Source: a virus
Length of the DNA stretch: 64,000 nt
Virus record (IMG/VR): IMGVR_UViG_3300029258_005088
Direction: 5' to 3' (one strand)
Shown here: positions 49,801-60,517 of the stretch, one piece after another
How the letters are laid out: each line of letters begins with the position of its first letter
Position numbering within the stretch: position 1 is the stretch's first letter
Position numbers and translations under genes: made by a program
The notes under the pieces: model-generated
The model's database searches: none
What the model was told of the DNA's origin: nothing
Seen by the model: the letters and a program-made list of their open reading frames with translations, nothing else

Positions 49801-51725
49801 TCTTCGTTCTCGGACTTGCACTCCAAGGCATCGTCCCAGGCCTTGTTGATCGCCTTGCGGATCTCGTCGAGGTCCTGGGTGTGGGGTATGAAGGTCTGGC
49901 CATAGCCCTCTGTGTCGAAGTCATCCGATACGGAAGCCTCTATCCCGAGCATGCCTGACCCGCTGCAGGTTATTTTACCGGACGCTATCTCGTGCTTGCT
50001 GGCGTACCAGCCCGTGGTCCATTCGAACGACGGCCCCCGGGCGAGTGCCTTGACGATGTTCTCTTCGAGATCGCTGTACCAATCACCCAGACCCCGGTGG
50101 GATCCGTCGCATCCGCTGTGCTTGACTACGTACATCAGGAGTCCTCCTTCTTGAGGGAGGGCGCCTTCAGCTCCGTCTCCAGCTCCAGTGCGTCTCTGTC
50201 TTCGAACGACAGGATGGTATGACGATGTCCCAGTGGTCGATCATAGATCAGCTGAACATAGGACTTGAGGTCGTGCTCGTTGTCGACGGTAGAGCACCGG
50301 AACGAACCGGTAATCATCCTGTCGACGTCTACATAGTGAATGTGGGTGCCGTCCCAGAACGCGCCCATTCTCTGGCCGTGCTCCGTGTACATGCATCCCG
50401 TGTTCCAAAAGAACCGCTCATCGCGGATTGACTTGAACCCAAACATTCTTATCTCCTTGTGGGCTGGCCCCACTTGGAGCGGACGTTGCTGTGTTCGCCC
50501 GTTTAACTGGTCCACACCGGCTCAGGCCGGCAAACCAAACCAGACCCCTTGCGGGGCATAAGATTATTCTTCGATTACGTCTACGTGTCGTTTCAGTTCT
50601 TCAAGGGACCCATAGGTCAGATCCCCGTCGGTGTAGGACCCGTCTTCTTGCCGGGTGAAGGCATAGCCATCCTCGGTCCGGATCTTTTTCGGGCACGTCG
50701 GGTATGCGACTTGCCGAATCTCGCTGGCTAGGTCAGGCAGGTACCCTTCCTCATCGAGCTTCTCAGCTACCTCGTTCAGCCAGTCACGGTCTACGACGAC
50801 CTCGTGCTTATCAATGGTCATTCTTCTTCTCCTACGTATTGCTTCTGGAGATCCTCTAGGGATATCCTCAGGTGATTACGGTCTCTCAGCAGGCACCTAC
50901 GATCGCGTGTGTCCAGGAAAAGAGCTATGTATTTGCAACGCCGATTCCTGGTCCAACTCCAGTCCTTGTGCTGGATAAGCTCCAGGATGGTTTCGACCGG
51001 CTGCCATTCGACGGGCGGCTCGAAGAACTCGGCGCGTTTGTCGCTCCAGTCGTCGAGCATGTTCAACAGGCCCTGGAGAGCGTCTTCGCACTTCTTTCCC
51101 ATGGCCTTACACACGTCTGGGTTTAGCAAGGCTTCCACCAGGCGGAGCCTCTGCTTGTCCAGCATCTCGGTGTCGACGTTTTCGATTACGAGTAGATCAC
51201 TCATGTCACAAGCTCCTCGGGTTCCCATCTGTACTGCTCATTGGAGTATTTCCACTCCTCTTTGCTGATGAAGAACTGATAGCGGTTGACGAAGTGAAGT
51301 CCTGCGATGATGTGAAGACCATTGCCGGTCTCCACGATCGTCCAGACAGTCTTCCTGTTCTTCTGGGCTTGTACGACCACGGCCGAGAGCTCGTCTCCGT
51401 ATGTTTCCTGGATACCGTCCATGTCAGATGACTCCGAACGGAAATCCGGGTCCCCGTGATACTTCTTGTCGAAGTCGTCCGGGCTTCCGGTCTCCCATGG
51501 CTCCGGGGACTCCTCGTCCATCTTCCAGTCTTCGTCTCCGGGGAACGTTCCGTCGTCTTCCATGACGTCCGAGCCTACCCAGCCATCGTGCTCGTTCAAA
51601 CACAGCATAAAAGCTGCGAGCTCATCAGCAGTGGCGAACTCGTATGTGTCGATCGGACGCTCTTCCTTCGGCCACATCTCGCCCCAGCGGACGGTGATGC
51701 TGAATGGTTTATCTTTCTCTGACAA
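46882..51725 (-). other. Run of 12 accessory ORFs
   Basis: 46882-47346, 47336-47602, 47583-47876, 47869-48432, 48429-48929, 48932-49195, 49192-49557, 49542-50135, 50135-50446, 50564-50821, 50818-51204, 51201-51725. Confidence 0.6.
50453..50553 (-). ncRNA. Structured intergenic RNA candidate (multi-hairpin, possible pseudoknot)
   Basis: GCCCC-GCAA-GGGGU; CUGGU/ACCAG enclosing GCCGG/CCGGU; UUAAA; CGGGCG/CGUCCG; GUGGG/CCCAC next to the RBS. Confidence 0.4.
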
Positions 51726-51994
51726 CTAACATGCCCTCCGCTATCGCTGCCGCGATGTCTCTCGCGAGCTTGGCCTGACCACTTCCCGTGGACAGTTCGT
51801 ACTCTTTCGTCTTTATCGTATAAAACCTAGCCGGACGGGCAGCGCAGTAGACCTCTGCCACATCTCCGTCACTCTCGTCTCCTGGCTTGTACACGGCCAC
51901 CAACTCTTCAGGATTCCCATACCGAGACGGTCCGCACCAAGCATCTCCGAAGATACTCCGGTCATTGTCCGAATCGTAAAGGAATGCCAAGGGA

Positions 51995-52528
51995 TCATTC
52001 TGGTTCGACACTTTCAATCTCCTTTTCCGTGCATTCACGGTTCTTCTTGATTGTTTCTATCTGCTCCTTCGTGAGCTGCTTCGAGTAGGGGAAGTTCTCC
52101 AAGGTAGGCACCTCTCCGGACATAGCCGAATCGCAGACATAACTCTGACAAGTCCAGGGACGAGTCCAGTAACACGTGCAGTTCCCGGTCTCTTGATCGA
52201 ATTGATCACAGGTATAGGGGTACTGCGTTATGTAACCTCCTTCTCCGACGGGCTTTCCGTCTTCGTTGACAACGCCTTCCACCGGCTTGAAATGGTCCAT
52301 TCCAAACCGAGCGCTCTCCGTTGCCTTCGCCTGCTCGGATATCCTGATCAGCAAGCACATGCTCGGATCCTCCGTCTTCGACAGAGACTTCAGCAGGCCC
52401 CTCAACTCGGACAGGGCCTCTCTGTATACCGACTCCATCTCCCCATGTTCTACGGGAAGAAACATGAGCTTGCAACAGAATCCCGGACATTCCCTACACA
52501 CGGACACGCCGCTTACCTGAGGCATCAA
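51995..52528 (-). CDS. YkgJ-family cysteine-cluster protein
   Basis: CRECPGFCC...CDQFD...CTCYWTRPWTCQSYVC. Confidence 0.7.
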   Translation of the reverse strand: MMPQVSGVSVCRECPGFCCKLMFLPVEHGEMESVYREALSELRGLLKSLSKTEDPSMCLLIRISEQAKATESARFGMDHFKPVEGVVNEDGKPVGEGGYITQYPYTCDQFDQETGNCTCYWTRPWTCQSYVCDSAMSGEVPTLENFPYSKQLTKEQIETIKKNRECTEKEIESVEPE

Positions 52529-53685
52529 CGACTCTCCTGCAGATAGTTGGACGGCCTACGAGGACTGTCCGTCTCGTGCTGCTTGTTATACTCCTCGATC
52601 GCTGTCTTGATAGCGTCGTACTCCCTCTGGTCGATGATCATCGGGATGTTGTCGAGCTTTCCGAAAGCGTTCTGGACGTTGAAGTGGACGTCTCCCTTGG
52701 AGTCCGTCCAGACTCTGGGAGTCGCCGATTCCACGTTGGTGCCGCTGTGCAGGGTGACGTCTTTCTTCTCCACCGAGGTGGTGAACGAGTCTCCCATGCT
52801 GTAACGCCTGCTCTTGTTCCTGTCGGCGAACTCCACGCCTCTATGCGACTGCATAACGATCTGGATCACGTACCAGGTGTCATGAGGCTTGTCCGGGCGG
52901 CTGCCCTTCATCCTCACGAGGATCTGCAGGTACCGTCCGTTTCCTACCTCTGCAGGTATGAGTTCGTTGACTGCTTCCGAGAGCGCGTTCTGCACTCCAG
53001 GCAGGTTGGTGTTCATGATCATGAACGAAGGCTTCCTCTCGGCCGCCTTTTGTCTGCAGTACTCCTCGGCCTCCGGATCGTTGTCCAGCATATACTTCGG
53101 GCAATACTTCGTATCCAGGACGTCGTCCACCGTAGTCGCTTTCAGTCTTCCGCACTCAGGACATTCCTTACTCATGAGTCCTCCAATTCTGAACACGTAT
53201 TCAGTTTTACGACGGCATACGCGATGTGGTTGATTCTACTGGTTCGGTAGCCCTTCTTCTCCAGTGCTTCGCCGAACTTCCTGACGTTATCCGTCTCGAG
53301 GTAGTTGTGGTTCAGCAGAGGAGCGAAGTCCCCGCCGTCACACATCACCACGCAACGCGCCTCTTCCGGAATGGGCAGGCAATTGTCGAGGAACGCCTCA
53401 AGCTCCAGCTCCTTGTACTGGTCGATGGTGAAGAACGCTTTGCATCCTCCCGTCCAAATACCCTCTTCGCTAATGGATTCGGCGGCCTCTCTTGTGATGA
53501 GCGCCGCTGTATTGGCCTCGGCATCTCCGATGTTACAGCAAAGATCCTTCTCGTTGTCGATCTCCGACATGATCCGTGCGACGTCATCGGTATGAGCGAA
53601 CAGCTTCTGATCCGTGGTGATCTTGAACGGGATCTTATCCTTGGTCTCCAATTCCACCAACATGTAGTCGACGGGCTTGAGGTCC

Positions 53686-53940
53686 CTATACGTCAACAGA
53701 ACGTACTTCATCTTGTAGCTCCTTGATTCGTGCGTCACGCACTTCGTTGAACAGTCTGGAACTGCAGTGGCCCGAGAACATCGGGAACTCGCAGTCCTTC
53801 TCCACCTCCACGATCTGGTCGTGGATGGCACACATGTTGTCCTCGGTCAGTTGCTTGCATCTCTTTCGATCGATATCCCACGTCCCATAAGGACATGCGC
53901 AACGAGTACAACACCATCCGCAGTTCACGCACCCAATCAT
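53686..53940 (-). CDS. Small YkgJ-like cysteine-cluster protein
   Basis: CVNCGWCC...CPY...CKQL...CAIH. Confidence 0.5.
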   Translation of the reverse strand: MIGCVNCGWCCTRCACPYGTWDIDRKRCKQLTEDNMCAIHDQIVEVEKDCEFPMFSGHCSSRLFNEVRDARIKELQDEVRSVDV

Positions 53941-55490
53941 CTTCTCGTCCTGGGTATCTCCCCCGTCTTCAGGAACTTGTCCAGATCTTTCTGGGCCTTG
54001 TTCTCGTGGGAGTAGTAATCCGTTTCTCTGGTCCACGGCCCGCAGTTGTCGCAGTAGTATCCAAGGTAGTATCCCGCGGAACTCCTGCACACCTGCAGAG
54101 GCATCATGCCTTTGCAATCCATGCATTCCACCTCCTTGTGGAAGCCTCCTGTATCTCCTGGTATCGCCATGTCACTCTCCTTCTTCGGTATGCTGCTTGG
54201 CGACCCACTGCCAGTAGCCGGTGCTGGTGTCGTTTTTCTGGACAGAGTGTACCCAGTCCTCTCTAGGAAACTCCGGGTGTGCGGCCCACCATCCGTACTT
54301 CTCGATAAGCTTCAGCTCTTCGATGCGTTCGCGGACGCCGTCCATGATCCTGTCGATATCTTCCTCGTGCGGCGTCTCCTTGACGCCTGGGTGACAGGGC
54401 ATGCGCTCCTTCAAACTCTTGGAAGCATAGCTCTCCAAATAGTCCCGTACATAATCAAACACACCTTGGGGTATGTCCATCAATCCACCTCCTCGTAGTC
54501 AAGTCCGTCTTTCTTGGCGGCCAACCACGCCGGAATGCGACACTCGTAGGAGTCGTCTGCATCCCTGCGCTGGTAGCTGATCTGTGATTTCGGGAGCCAG
54601 AACTCCCCTTCGTCCTGCTTGATGAGGACGGCCGCTTCGCTTTCTCTCACGAAGCGGCCTTCGACTTTTGCCTGTGCCATCAGGACTGGAGGTACGCCAC
54701 GTCTTTCTTGTGACGTAGTTGGAATGCTTCTTCACGGGTGAGTCCGACGAACTCACTGGGGCTGAAGCTGATTTCATCCGGATAATACTGGAAGAGCTCT
54801 TCCTTCTCCCCGTCTTCATACACCACCGTCACGCGAGGCATGGGGCCGAACATCGACTCAGGCATCTTGCCTGTGTCTGCCGACACGATCTTGCGATCCT
54901 TGCGGAGCTGCTCCTGTGCCGCTTCCACGGCTTTCTTCGTGTCTTCCAGAGAACCGCCCACGAACGCGTCATGGATCTTGTCGATGTGTTTTTCTGCTTC
55001 TGCTCTTGTCATGGTTCTATCCTTCTGGTTAGTCTGTGTGGCAGCACTTCACTGCCTTTCTCTTGTCCTCGTGCCACGTACTGCAGTGAGCACAGGCCCA
55101 TCCCTTCTGGATGCGCCAGGCACAACAGCGCATGGCCTGGAGCTTGGTGTTCTTCTGTTCCATACAGCACGCGCAAAAGAACACTCGCTTAGCCCTGCCT
55201 TTCATGGGTCCTCCTGCTTAAATTAAAAAGGGCGCCTAGCCCTCGTCGCCGATCAACTCGGCTAGTTCGTTCTTGGCGGATTCGATCTCGTCACGCTTCT
55301 CTTGCAAGATGTAGACGTTCTCTTCCATTTCAGCCGCACGTTGCTCCATAGATTCGGGAACGTTGTCTGCGGCTTCCTGCTCTTCATCAGCGATCTCGTC
55401 CAAAGCCTGGTAGGCCTCGTCCAGATGTGCGATGACTCTCTTACGGATTTGGGCGCGTCTTTCGTCGTTCATATAATCTCCTAGGGGATG

Positions 55491-55517
55491 AAAAAAGACC
55501 GGCCTAAATAACCGGTC
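55491..55517 (-). terminator. Terminator-like hairpin in a short promoter-proximal leader
   Basis: GACCGG-TTATTTAGG-CCGGTC followed by T6. Confidence 0.7.
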
Positions 55518-55550
55518 CTGGATATGGTAGGGCTTATCGCCCTATGCTAG

Positions 55551-55579
55551 ACAATACTCTTCTTGTCGGCCGTAGTCAA
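55551..55579 (-). promoter_or_regulatory. Sigma70-like promoter
   Basis: TTGACT-17 bp-TATTGT. Confidence 0.6.
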
Positions 55580-55581
55580 TA

Positions 55582-56895
55582 TCAAGGCTTCTTTATTGAC
55601 GACGACAGCTCTCCTGACAACGGCCGCAGTACGTCGGTTATGTCCTTGAACACCTCGTCTCTGTCTTTCAACGTCTTCGCAATCTCGGGAATGATGGCAT
55701 ACATGCCTTCGAACCTCTCGTGGATGGTTCCGAGACACCTCATGTCCTCGTCCGAGACAGCGGGACTGTCGACGACCTGCTGCAGAGCGTCTACCACCTT
55801 CTGCTGCTCGGCCAGTTTCTTCTTTTCCTCCTCCAGCATGGCCGGAGCCTTGGAGTGCACCTCTACGTCATGCGCTATCTCGTCTATGAATGCCTGGCAT
55901 GCGGCATGCTCCTTCTTGAAAGAAGCCATGTCCGAGGGAATAGGCTTCGTCAGATCCAGTCCGTCATATGGCTTCTTCTCTTCCGAAGTCTCCTGCGCCT
56001 CTCCGTTCGCGCACTTCGCCGCTATCTCCCGGGAGACGACCTTGCTCAGGACGTCGGAGAAAGGCGTGATGTCTTTCCATATGAAAGAACTGCCGACCCT
56101 GTTCCTGACCATGGGCTTGAGCCCTTGCATCGTCTCGACGTCGAGAACGAGATCACCGCCGGGATTCACCTCCCTCGGCTCGTCCGAAGACACGTTCCAT
56201 GCTTTCTCGGCTATCCTTTTGGCTTCCTTTGAGTGCCCGGAGGGATGCTCCCCTACGTTCAGTCTCCACAGGTAACGGTCGGGTACCCGGAACTTTCGGG
56301 TATCTTCGGGAAACAAGGTCGAGTACAGTTTCTGGAGATTCCCAGGAGTGGCGTAAGCCCCCTCGAACCTGGGACTCACAACCATGAGAGCCTCGTTGCT
56401 AGGAGTCGACGCGCCTACCAAGTTCGCCTCCACTACCTCGGCTACGTGGAAGTACTGACCATCCGTTATGTAGATCTTCACTCCCTTTCCCGGGAACCGG
56501 TAGTTTATTCTTTCCTTCTCATACTTGCTTATTGCCTTGCCGCCTTCCTTGAACGACAACACTATGGCGGAAAGGACGCACTTCGCCCTGCCCTCGGAAA
56601 CCTCGTTGTCCGAGAAATAACTCCGGATATCCTCGAGTATGGCAAGGGCACTCTTCAGGCGCACGCCTATAAGAGACAGGAACAATCCCTCTCCCAGAGG
56701 TCCTTCCTCAATTTCCTCTATGCGCTTGTCCAGCTTCCCGGTTCTCTTACCGGTTATCGTATGGACGCATACGTCGGCGAAGTCCCTGAACGTCTTGTCC
56801 GCGACTCCGCCATCCACGCAACCGGCCACGTACCCGGCTATCTGGGTCCATAGTTCGCTGCACCTCTGTGCCTTCTGTTTGTCTACCTCAGTCAT
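55582..56895 (-). CDS. Hypothetical protein (437 aa, C-terminal coiled coil)
   Basis: AAGGAG RBS, long ORF. Confidence 0.65.
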   Translation of the reverse strand: MTEVDKQKAQRCSELWTQIAGYVAGCVDGGVADKTFRDFADVCVHTITGKRTGKLDKRIEEIEEGPLGEGLFLSLIGVRLKSALAILEDIRSYFSDNEVSEGRAKCVLSAIVLSFKEGGKAISKYEKERINYRFPGKGVKIYITDGQYFHVAEVVEANLVGASTPSNEALMVVSPRFEGAYATPGNLQKLYSTLFPEDTRKFRVPDRYLWRLNVGEHPSGHSKEAKRIAEKAWNVSSDEPREVNPGGDLVLDVETMQGLKPMVRNRVGSSFIWKDITPFSDVLSKVVSREIAAKCANGEAQETSEEKKPYDGLDLTKPIPSDMASFKKEHAACQAFIDEIAHDVEVHSKAPAMLEEEKKKLAEQQKVVDALQQVVDSPAVSDEDMRCLGTIHERFEGMYAIIPEIAKTLKDRDEVFKDITDVLRPLSGELSSSIKKP

Positions 56896-56912
56896 GTTTT
56901 CTCCTTTCGATT

Positions 56913-56943
56913 AAAAGGGCCGCCGGCACTGAACCGACGGCCC
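56913..56943 (-). terminator. Terminator-like hairpin
   Basis: GGGCCGTCGG-TTCAGTG-CCGGCGGCCC followed by TTTT. Confidence 0.65.
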
Positions 56944-56968
56944 CTCGGATGGTGGGACGTAAAACGTC

Positions 56969-57837
56969 TTATGCAAGTGCGTCACGCAACCGAGAAGCTA
57001 CCTCCGGATGCGTCTTGGTGATGTCGTCCACGATCGTGTGGACCTTCTTGAGCTTTTCGCAGGCCTGGACGGTTTTCCGCATATCCATGACTTGTATCGG
57101 ATGCTTCTTGCGGTAGTACAGCTTCAACAGATCCTCTACCGTGTCCTTTCCGTAGGCCATACGGTAGTCGGTGTTGATCCACTCCGGATTCTCCATCAGA
57201 GCGTCGGTAAGCTGCTCGCAGAACTTCATGACCTCGTCCAGAAAGATCCTGCTCATCCAATAATCCGGATCCTTGCTGTAGTGGTGCCTCGTGAACAGGC
57301 CGGCGGCGTCCATGAAGAAGCCCTCGACAAATCTGGAATCCTCGACTGCCAGGTTCTTCTGCGGGGGTTGGTTTCCCCACAACGACTCGGACATTTCCCG
57401 AACGAGTACCGTCAGTACTTCGTAGTCGATGACCTCGTGCTTTCTTCCGAGCCATGCCGGCTTCTTCACCTCCAGATCCGCAAGAGGACCGAGGTCTTCT
57501 AGCAACGCCTCCATCGCCGTACTGAGAGCGATGGTTACGGAAGAATCCTTCGCATCGCTCTCCTCGAGGTGCTGTGCCCTTACCAGGCTCTTTGCCGCCT
57601 TTTCTATCGCTTCGTTTATCGTTACCATACTTTTATCCACTCCAGTGGGTTTTCTGTCATCTGTTTGATGGCCTCCTTGGCCTGCTCCTCGCTGTGCCCG
57701 TAGCTCACCAGCTCATCCACTACGGCGCCCACGCTATGGCGGACGACGTAGGTATTGAACGGAGGAACCACGGTGGCACTGCGAATCTCGGTGTCTCCGT
57801 CTTCGTGGACGTACACCAGATATATATCTTTGCTCAT
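56969..57837 (-). other. Two hypothetical proteins (56969-57628, 57622-57837)
   Basis: Coupled ORFs. Confidence 0.55.
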
Positions 57838-58913
57838 TTGGACTCCTTCATTTCCATCAGCTCTTCGTACCTTCCGATTATGTCTCGAGGAAGGAGGTAT
57901 TGGCAGTTCAGCTTCAGAACGGTATGCAGCATGGCGCGCATTCGGGCAAGCTGCCCTGCCTGCTCCATGGTCGGCACCTGGGTGGGCCAGCCCTTGGTAT
58001 ACTGCATCTCGACTGGAATGGCATCGGACGCTTCCCTGCGCATGGAGGACTTGTGCTTAACCTCCGCTATGATCTCATGGGAGAACGGGCCCAGGAAGGA
58101 CGGCTGCCTTTCACAGAGCCAGTCGTTCGGCTTGAAGCTGAACGAGGATCTTATCTCCAGATCTATCAGCCTCTTGTACGAAGCGTGATTTCCCTGACAG
58201 GCCAATGCCGCCAAGTGGTCGGAGTTAGTGGCCAGTACGCAGTACGCACAGCTCAACCGATCGGATCCGTACTCCGTGTACGCCGGATGAAGCGGTAGAC
58301 CGGCCTCCTTGTGAACTTCGAATACGTCGTCAACCGTATAGTCCAGTATGGGATTCCACTGCCAGCCACGCGTGCCTTTGGTCTTCACTTTCAGTGTCGA
58401 CATCTCGCTCAGGACAGGCTTCTTCGCCCTTCCCGTGCTCTCCTGCTTCCGAATTCCTACCAGGTTCAGTATGTCCCTTCCGGGAAACATCTTCTTCAGG
58501 GCGGCTACTATGGGCGCTACCTTCAGTTCTCCCGTGCAGAAGCGCCACTGAGAGTTGGACCATGGCGTGATAAGCTTGACGCAGCTCATCTCCTCGAACC
58601 GCTTCACGTTGTCTTCCCATCGCTGCTCCCACCTGTCCACCATATCGCCTTTAGTACGACGCACGATCTTCAGCTGGGTGCCTGCATGGGCGTTCTGGAG
58701 CCTGACCCACTCCGGGGTCTGCGGCCAGTCTATTATCCCTAGATCCGCATGGAAGCATATCCTGCTCTCCATGGGATGTCCTACCTCGTCCAGCCATTGC
58801 GATACCTCGTGCACCATAGTGCCCGAGTCCTTGCCTCCGGATATTCCAAAAGCGACAACGGCGTTGTTTCGGACGAGCTCTATGACTTCAGGCGTCAGAC
58901 TCAGCTTCCTCAT
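57834..58913 (-). CDS. PAPS-reductase/DndC-like adenine-nucleotide alpha-hydrolase, paralog 1
   Basis: PP-loop ISGGKDS, HADLG, RFCTGELKVAPI, GIRKQES, WNPILD, RLSCAYCVLA. Confidence 0.85.
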   Translation of the reverse strand: MRKLSLTPEVIELVRNNAVVAFGISGGKDSGTMVHEVSQWLDEVGHPMESRICFHADLGIIDWPQTPEWVRLQNAHAGTQLKIVRRTKGDMVDRWEQRWEDNVKRFEEMSCVKLITPWSNSQWRFCTGELKVAPIVAALKKMFPGRDILNLVGIRKQESTGRAKKPVLSEMSTLKVKTKGTRGWQWNPILDYTVDDVFEVHKEAGLPLHPAYTEYGSDRLSCAYCVLATNSDHLAALACQGNHASYKRLIDLEIRSSFSFKPNDWLCERQPSFLGPFSHEIIAEVKHKSSMRREASDAIPVEMQYTKGWPTQVPTMEQAGQLARMRAMLHTVLKLNCQYLLPRDIIGRYEELMEMKESK

Positions 58914-59682
58914 CGAGGAGCTCCAGCATGTCGTCTTCTTCGTTCCAGTCGCAATAACCATCGAGCATCAAGGACACCGCCTCGTCTGCGTCGATCTCCA
59001 TCGCTCCTTCGAAATGCCTCTCGGCGGATTCCAAGAGACTGTCGAACTCCAGAGCCTTCCCCGATTCGTCCGTGCGCTCGGCACAGAATATCATCAGGTC
59101 GGCAAGAAAGTCCGATACGGTGGCCTTGACGTCATTGGGATCCCCTCCTCCGTATTCCGCCAGGAGAGCTTCTATCTCCTCGGCTCTTTTCGCGTTCTTG
59201 GGATTCCCTTCGAAGTTTCTCTTCACTTCGGACATAAACTCTCCATGCAATGTTCTTCGTAACCACAGGACCACAGACCGTCGCCGATGTATTCACATCC
59301 GCACGCCTTCTGATCGTGTCCTTGCTTCAGGCCCTTCAGGACCTTGTCCAGCTGCTCTTCCGCCAGACAGTCCAGCAGGACGTTTATCGTTGGATGGAGT
59401 CTCCCTTTCTCATCTGTCATGAGCTCGCGGATCTCCTCCTTCTTCTGTTCGCTAGTCAAGGGGCACCGCCTTTCCGTCCTTCCAGACGTAGTTCACGGGA
59501 TCCTCGGAGGGCTCGACTCTGTACTCTCGTACGGAAGTCCAGCGCCATTGCAGATCCTTGGCGTATCCCTCGGCCTCGTCTCTAGTCAGAAAACGCAGGG
59601 TGTTTCGGCACCAGTCTCCGTTTCTTTCCGCGATTACATCCACCGCATAGCTGCGGGCCTCTTCCATAATCGGCTGCGACAT
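58888..59682 (-). other. Three small hypothetical proteins (58888-59235, 59223-59459, 59452-59682)
   Basis: RBS-led coupled ORFs. Confidence 0.55.
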
Positions 59683-60517
59683 CCACTTCCTCCACTTTTA
59701 TCTGGTGGGGGTTTTCTTTAATTACGGCCTTTTCGATAATATCCATTAGCCCTTCTTCCTCGAGGAACTTGCGCCAGCTTCCCGGCCGCTTGCTCTCAGG
59801 CTTCCGCGTTCCCTTGACGCCATTGCGCCACAAACCCTCTATGGCTTTGAGGTTAGGTCTCGCGTTGTCTTCCATCTGGACGGCTCGCAGTGCGAGATCC
59901 GGATGTTCGTGGACCATTCTTATCAGCTCGTGCTTCTGCGTACTGGGGCAGTAGAAACACGCGGATTTCACGGGAACCGGCAGACCAACCGCCGCTACCT
60001 CTTCCGCGCACCTGTCTCTGTCCCAGTGCCACTCTCGCAGAGGATACCTGTACTCGTACTTGGGATCCTCTTTGGTGGCTCCTCGCTTGGAGTCCTTGGG
60101 CCCGTCGTCATACCCGATGAGGCGCGTGATGCGTCCTCCTCCCCGTATCCATTCCTGGAACGGTTCGTAGGTATCGACGTACTTGTCCATGGGACCTGCC
60201 TTCCATTTCAAACTGCAGCTCTTGCGGCCGAAGGCCAGGCTGGGAAGGGTCTTGTTCATCAGACAGTTACCTTCTAGGGTACTGTATGGTCCGTACTTGA
60301 ACCTCTTCGGAACGTACCTCACGACAGTGACCTCCGGAAAACCATGCTTCCGGAGGTACTCGTTCATGATTGGTATGTAGGCATAGGTCTCCGGCCACTC
60401 GTCTCCGACGTCTGCGAAGAGTATCAAATCCGGGCGCCACGCCCTATTGATCATCCCCACCAACATGGCGGACGAGTCCAGTCCTGCGCCGTAGCTAACT
60501 ACCACGGGCTGTTTCAT
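59582..60517 (-). CDS. PAPS-reductase-like adenine-nucleotide alpha-hydrolase, paralog 2
   Basis: SYGAGLDSSAM, FADVGDEWPETY, SCSLKWK, IGYDD, YPL, KSACFYCP. Confidence 0.8.
   Translation of the reverse strand: MKQPVVVSYGAGLDSSAMLVGMINRAWRPDLILFADVGDEWPETYAYIPIMNEYLRKHGFPEVTVVRYVPKRFKYGPYSTLEGNCLMNKTLPSLAFGRKSCSLKWKAGPMDKYVDTYEPFQEWIRGGGRITRLIGYDDGPKDSKRGATKEDPKYEYRYPLREWHWDRDRCAEEVAAVGLPVPVKSACFYCPSTQKHELIRMVHEHPDLALRAVQMEDNARPNLKAIEGLWRNGVKGTRKPESKRPGSWRKFLEEEGLMDIIEKAVIKENPHQIKVEEVDVAADYGRGPQLCGGCNRGKKRRLVPKHPAFSD

Larger units (their letters stand above)
51709..55472 (-). other. Accessory ORFs interleaved with the Cys-cluster genes
   Basis: 51709-52011, 52525-53175, 53172-53711, 53937-54170, 54172-54483, 54480-54680, 54680-55012, 55029-55205 (58 aa, 9 Cys, not in track), 55236-55472. 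Confidence 0.55.

Noticed and set aside
59287-59300. GATGTATTCACATC palindrome as a sixth CTGAA-family site
   Set aside because: Only one half-site matches and the T tract is missing
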